64,000 nt of DNA. It comes from Macrostomum hystrix (Eukaryota > Animalia > Platyhelminthes). Positions 60,717-64,000 of this stretch are shown here, piece by piece. Under the pieces are notes generated by a model, which searched no databases, was not told the origin of the DNA, and worked only from the letters and a program-made list of their open reading frames with translations. Position 1 is the stretch's first letter, and each line of letters begins with the position of its first letter. The stretch covers positions 992,001-1,056,000 of the forward strand of contig CATNEN010000029.1 in NCBI GenBank assembly GCA_950097015.1, in the 5' to 3' direction. Both the position numbers and the translations under genes were made by a program.

Positions 60717-62990
60717 CTAGCAAGTTTTGCCCCCCTTCGGGGAGCAGAAATATTTTTAATTCGTCTTGTATATACTTTTTAGCAGCTGAATTTACATCTT
60801 TTTAAAGCTACAATGATCCCCCAGTTGACAATGATCAACCAGTTGACAATGATCCCCCAGTTGACAATGATTCCCCAGTTGACAATGATCCCCTAATTGA
60901 TGATGATCACCCAGTTGACAATGATCCCCTAATTGATGATGATCACCCAGTTGACAATGATCCCCTAATTGATGATGATCACCCAGTTGACAATAATCCC
61001 CCAGTTGACAAAGATCCCCTAGTTGACAATGAACCCCCAGTTGACAAGGATCCCCCAGTTGATGATGACTCCCCATTGATGATGATCCCCAGTTGACAAT
61101 GATCCCCCAGTTGACAATGATCCCACAGTTGACAATGATCCCACAGTTGACAATGAACCTCCAATTGACAACGATCCCCCAGTTGACAATGATCCCCCAG
61201 TTGATGATGATCAACCAGTTGACAATGATCCCACAGTTGACAATGATCCCCCAGTTGACAATGATCCCCTAGTTCACAATGATCCCCCAGATGATGATGA
61301 TCCCCCAGTTGATGATGATCACCCAGTTGACAATGATCCCACAGTTGACAATGATCCCCCAGTTCACAATGATCCCCCAGATAATGATGATCCACCAGTT
61401 GAAGATGATCACTCTGTTGACAATGATCCCCCAGTTGATGATGATCACCCAGTTGACAATTATCTCCCAGTTGACTATGATCCCCCATTGATGATGATCC
61501 CCAGTTGACAATGTTACCCCAGTTGGCCATTACCCCCTAGTTGACAATGATCCCCCAGTTGACAATGATCCCCCAGTTGACAATGATCCCCTAATTGATG
61601 ATGATCACCCAGTTGACAATGATCCCCTAATTGATGATGATCACCCAGTTGACAATGATCCCCTAATTGATGATGATCACCCAGTTGACAATAATCCCCC
61701 AGTTGACAAAGATCCCCTAGTTGACAATGAACCCCCAGTTGACAAGGATCCCCCAGTTGATGATGACTCCCCATTGATGATGATCCCCAGTTGACAATGA
61801 TCCCCCAGTTGACAATGATCCCACAGTTGACAATGATCCCACAGTTGACAATGAACCTCCAATTGACAACGATCCCCCAGTTGACAATGATCCCCCAGTT
61901 GATGATGATCAACCAGTTGACAATGATCCCACAGTTGACAATGATCCCCCAGTTGACAATGATCCCCTAGTTCACAATGATCCCCCAGATGATGATGATC
62001 CCCCAGTTGATGATGATCACCCAGTTGACAATGATCCCACAGTTGACATTGATCCCCCAGTTTACAATGATCCCACAGTTGACAATGATCCCCCAGTTCA
62101 CAATGATCCCCCAGATAATGATGATCCACCAGTTGAAGATGATCACTCTGTTGACAATGATCCCCCAGTTGATGATGATCACCCAGTTGACAATTATCTC
62201 CCAGTTGACTATGATCCCCCATTGATGATGATCCCCAGTTGACAATGTTACCCCAGTTGGCCATTACCCCCTAGTTGACAATGATCCCCCAGTTGATGAT
62301 GATCACCCAGTTGACAATGATCTCCCAGTTGACCATGATCCCCCATTTGATGATGACTCCCAAATGATGATGATCCCCATTTGACAATGATCCCCAGTTG
62401 ACCATGATCCCCCATTTGATGATGATTCCCCAGTTTACAATTAACCCACAGTTGACGATTATCCCCCAGTTCTGATTTAGCTATGATTCAAACTCTGGTT
62501 TTGCAATGATTTAAACTCTGGTTTAGCCATGATTCAGACGCTGGTTGGCCATGATTCAAACGCTGGTTTAGCCATGATTCAAACTCTGGTTTAGCCATGA
62601 TTGAAACTCTGGTTTAGCCATGACTCAAACTCTGGTTTAGCCATGATTCAAACTCTGGTTTATCCATGATTCAAACTCTTGTTTAGCCATGACTCAAACT
62701 CTGGTTTAGCCATGATTCAAACTCTGGTTTATCCATGATTCAAACTCTTGTTTAGCCATGATTCAAACGCTGGTTTTGCCATGATTCAAACTCTGGTTTA
62801 GCCATGATTGAAACTCTGGTTTAGCCATGACTCAAACTCTGGTTTAGCCATGATTCAAACTCTGGTTTATCCATGATTCAAACTCTTGTTTAGCCATGAC
62901 TCAAACTCTGGTTTAGCCATGATTCAAACTCTGGTTTATCCATGATTCAAACTCTTGTTTAGCCATGATTCAAACGCTGGTTTTGCCATG
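60717..62990 (-). mobile_element. Helitron unit 3, lacking the family's unique 5' segment
   Basis: Same 3' end (CTAG at 60717-60720 plus hairpin), 18-bp array ~60810-62470 and 23-bp array ~62470-62990, then an abrupt switch to another repeat. Confidence 0.8.
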
Positions 62991-63297
62991 AGAACTAATT
63001 TCCCCAGCAGCAGAGAACTAATTCCCCCAGCAGCAGAGAACTAATTCCCCCAGCAGCAGAGAACTAATTCCCCCAGCAGCAGAGAACTAATTCCCCCAGC
63101 AGCAGAGAACTAATTCCCCCAGCAGCAGAGAACTAATTCCCCCAGCAGCAGAGAACTAATTCCCCCAGCAGCAGAGAACTAATTCCCCCAGCAGCAGAGA
63201 ACTAATTCCCCCAGCAGCAGAGAACTAATTCCCCCAGCAGCAGAGAACTAATTCCCCCAGCAGCAGAGAACTAATTCCCCCAGCAGCAGAGAACTAA
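62991..63297. repeat. 23-bp minisatellite AGAACTAATTCCCCCAGCAGCAG
   Basis: About 13 near-identical units. Confidence 0.97.
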
Positions 63298-63779
63298 TGT
63301 TCTCCAAACAGAAGAGAACCTCCATAATACGAGAATGGAGGCTACTTGCAGGCTACCAAACTCGCAGCAAGAAATGTTTGCCCTTTTCTTTGACAGGAAA
63401 CCATTGCCCCTGAATAGCATAGAAACGATGTATCCATCGTTTTACTCAGCCCAGAAGGCAACAAATATCTCCTGTTACATCTCCTGTTACATGTGGCACG
63501 GTAGATACATTTAGAAAACTGTTAAACACATTTAGAAAATCGTTGAGCACTTTAGAAAACGGTTTCGATCAGTGTTCGTCGAATAAAGTTTTATAATTAT
63601 TATTATTAAATAAGCTATTTTTTTGATCGAATAACGCTTAAAACAATGCTCAAAAAATAGAAAAATTTGAAATAATTTACGCTCTTAGCTGCGCTCAATA
63701 TTTTTGCTATACCAATGCCACGCGGGCGAGAAAAAGCACCGATGCAATCTAATAAAACTGACAGTGTCCGGCCCTATTC

Positions 63780-64000
63780 TAATTTAACCTTGTTTGGCCT
63801 CCTATTGAAAGCAATAGGAAAACTCGTTTTTCGAATATTTAATATTGTTAGCATTGAAGCAGACTAACGAAATTTTCAAGGTCTCATGCCAGTAAAATTT
63901 TGCATGTTTAGCAAAAAACGCGATCAAATTTGGTTGAGGCATTTAGCCTGTGTATCGAAATTCCACAGACAGACAGACTTTAGAGATTTAGTATAGTTGG
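63780..64000 (-). mobile_element. 5'-terminal region of a related Helitron-like family (terminus at or just beyond the window edge)
   Basis: Shares TTTTTCGAATATTTAAT, AAAT..GGTTGAG, a tetranucleotide (ACAG) tract and TTAGTATAGT(T)GG with the 5' ends of units 1 and 2. Confidence 0.5.

Overview
Eukaryotic (animal) genomic DNA, intron-containing and roughly 60% tandem repeat by my hand estimate. GC-rich, CAG/GCN-rich exons among dozens of unrelated minisatellites are compatible with a free-living flatworm such as Macrostomum, but that is inference only. Three genes can be modelled from splice signals and frame continuity. (1) A 3-exon nanos (minus, 968-2891, 262 aa) with a TATA box. (2) A GPI-anchored Ly6/uPAR three-finger protein (plus, main exon ~11871-12528, probable first exon 8741-8757). 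(3) A 5-exon SIFamide/NPFF-like rhodopsin-class neuropeptide GPCR (minus, 22510-41339, 427 aa). There is also an orphan 130-aa GC-biased ORF (18886-19278). Mobile DNA includes: a head-to-tail array of three non-autonomous Helitrons (45989-62990) with exact CTAG|TC junctions, each inflated by the same two minisatellites; a hAT MITE with perfect 8-bp TSD that splits a tRNA-derived SINE head and has an older relative in nanos intron 1; at least three tRNA-derived SINE types; and a ~176-bp insert in a (TCTA)n tract carrying a minimal Penelope-type hammerhead ribozyme (18407-18450). Most long ORFs in the supplied track are repeat artefacts. All coordinates were read by hand; repeat-array boundaries are approximate.
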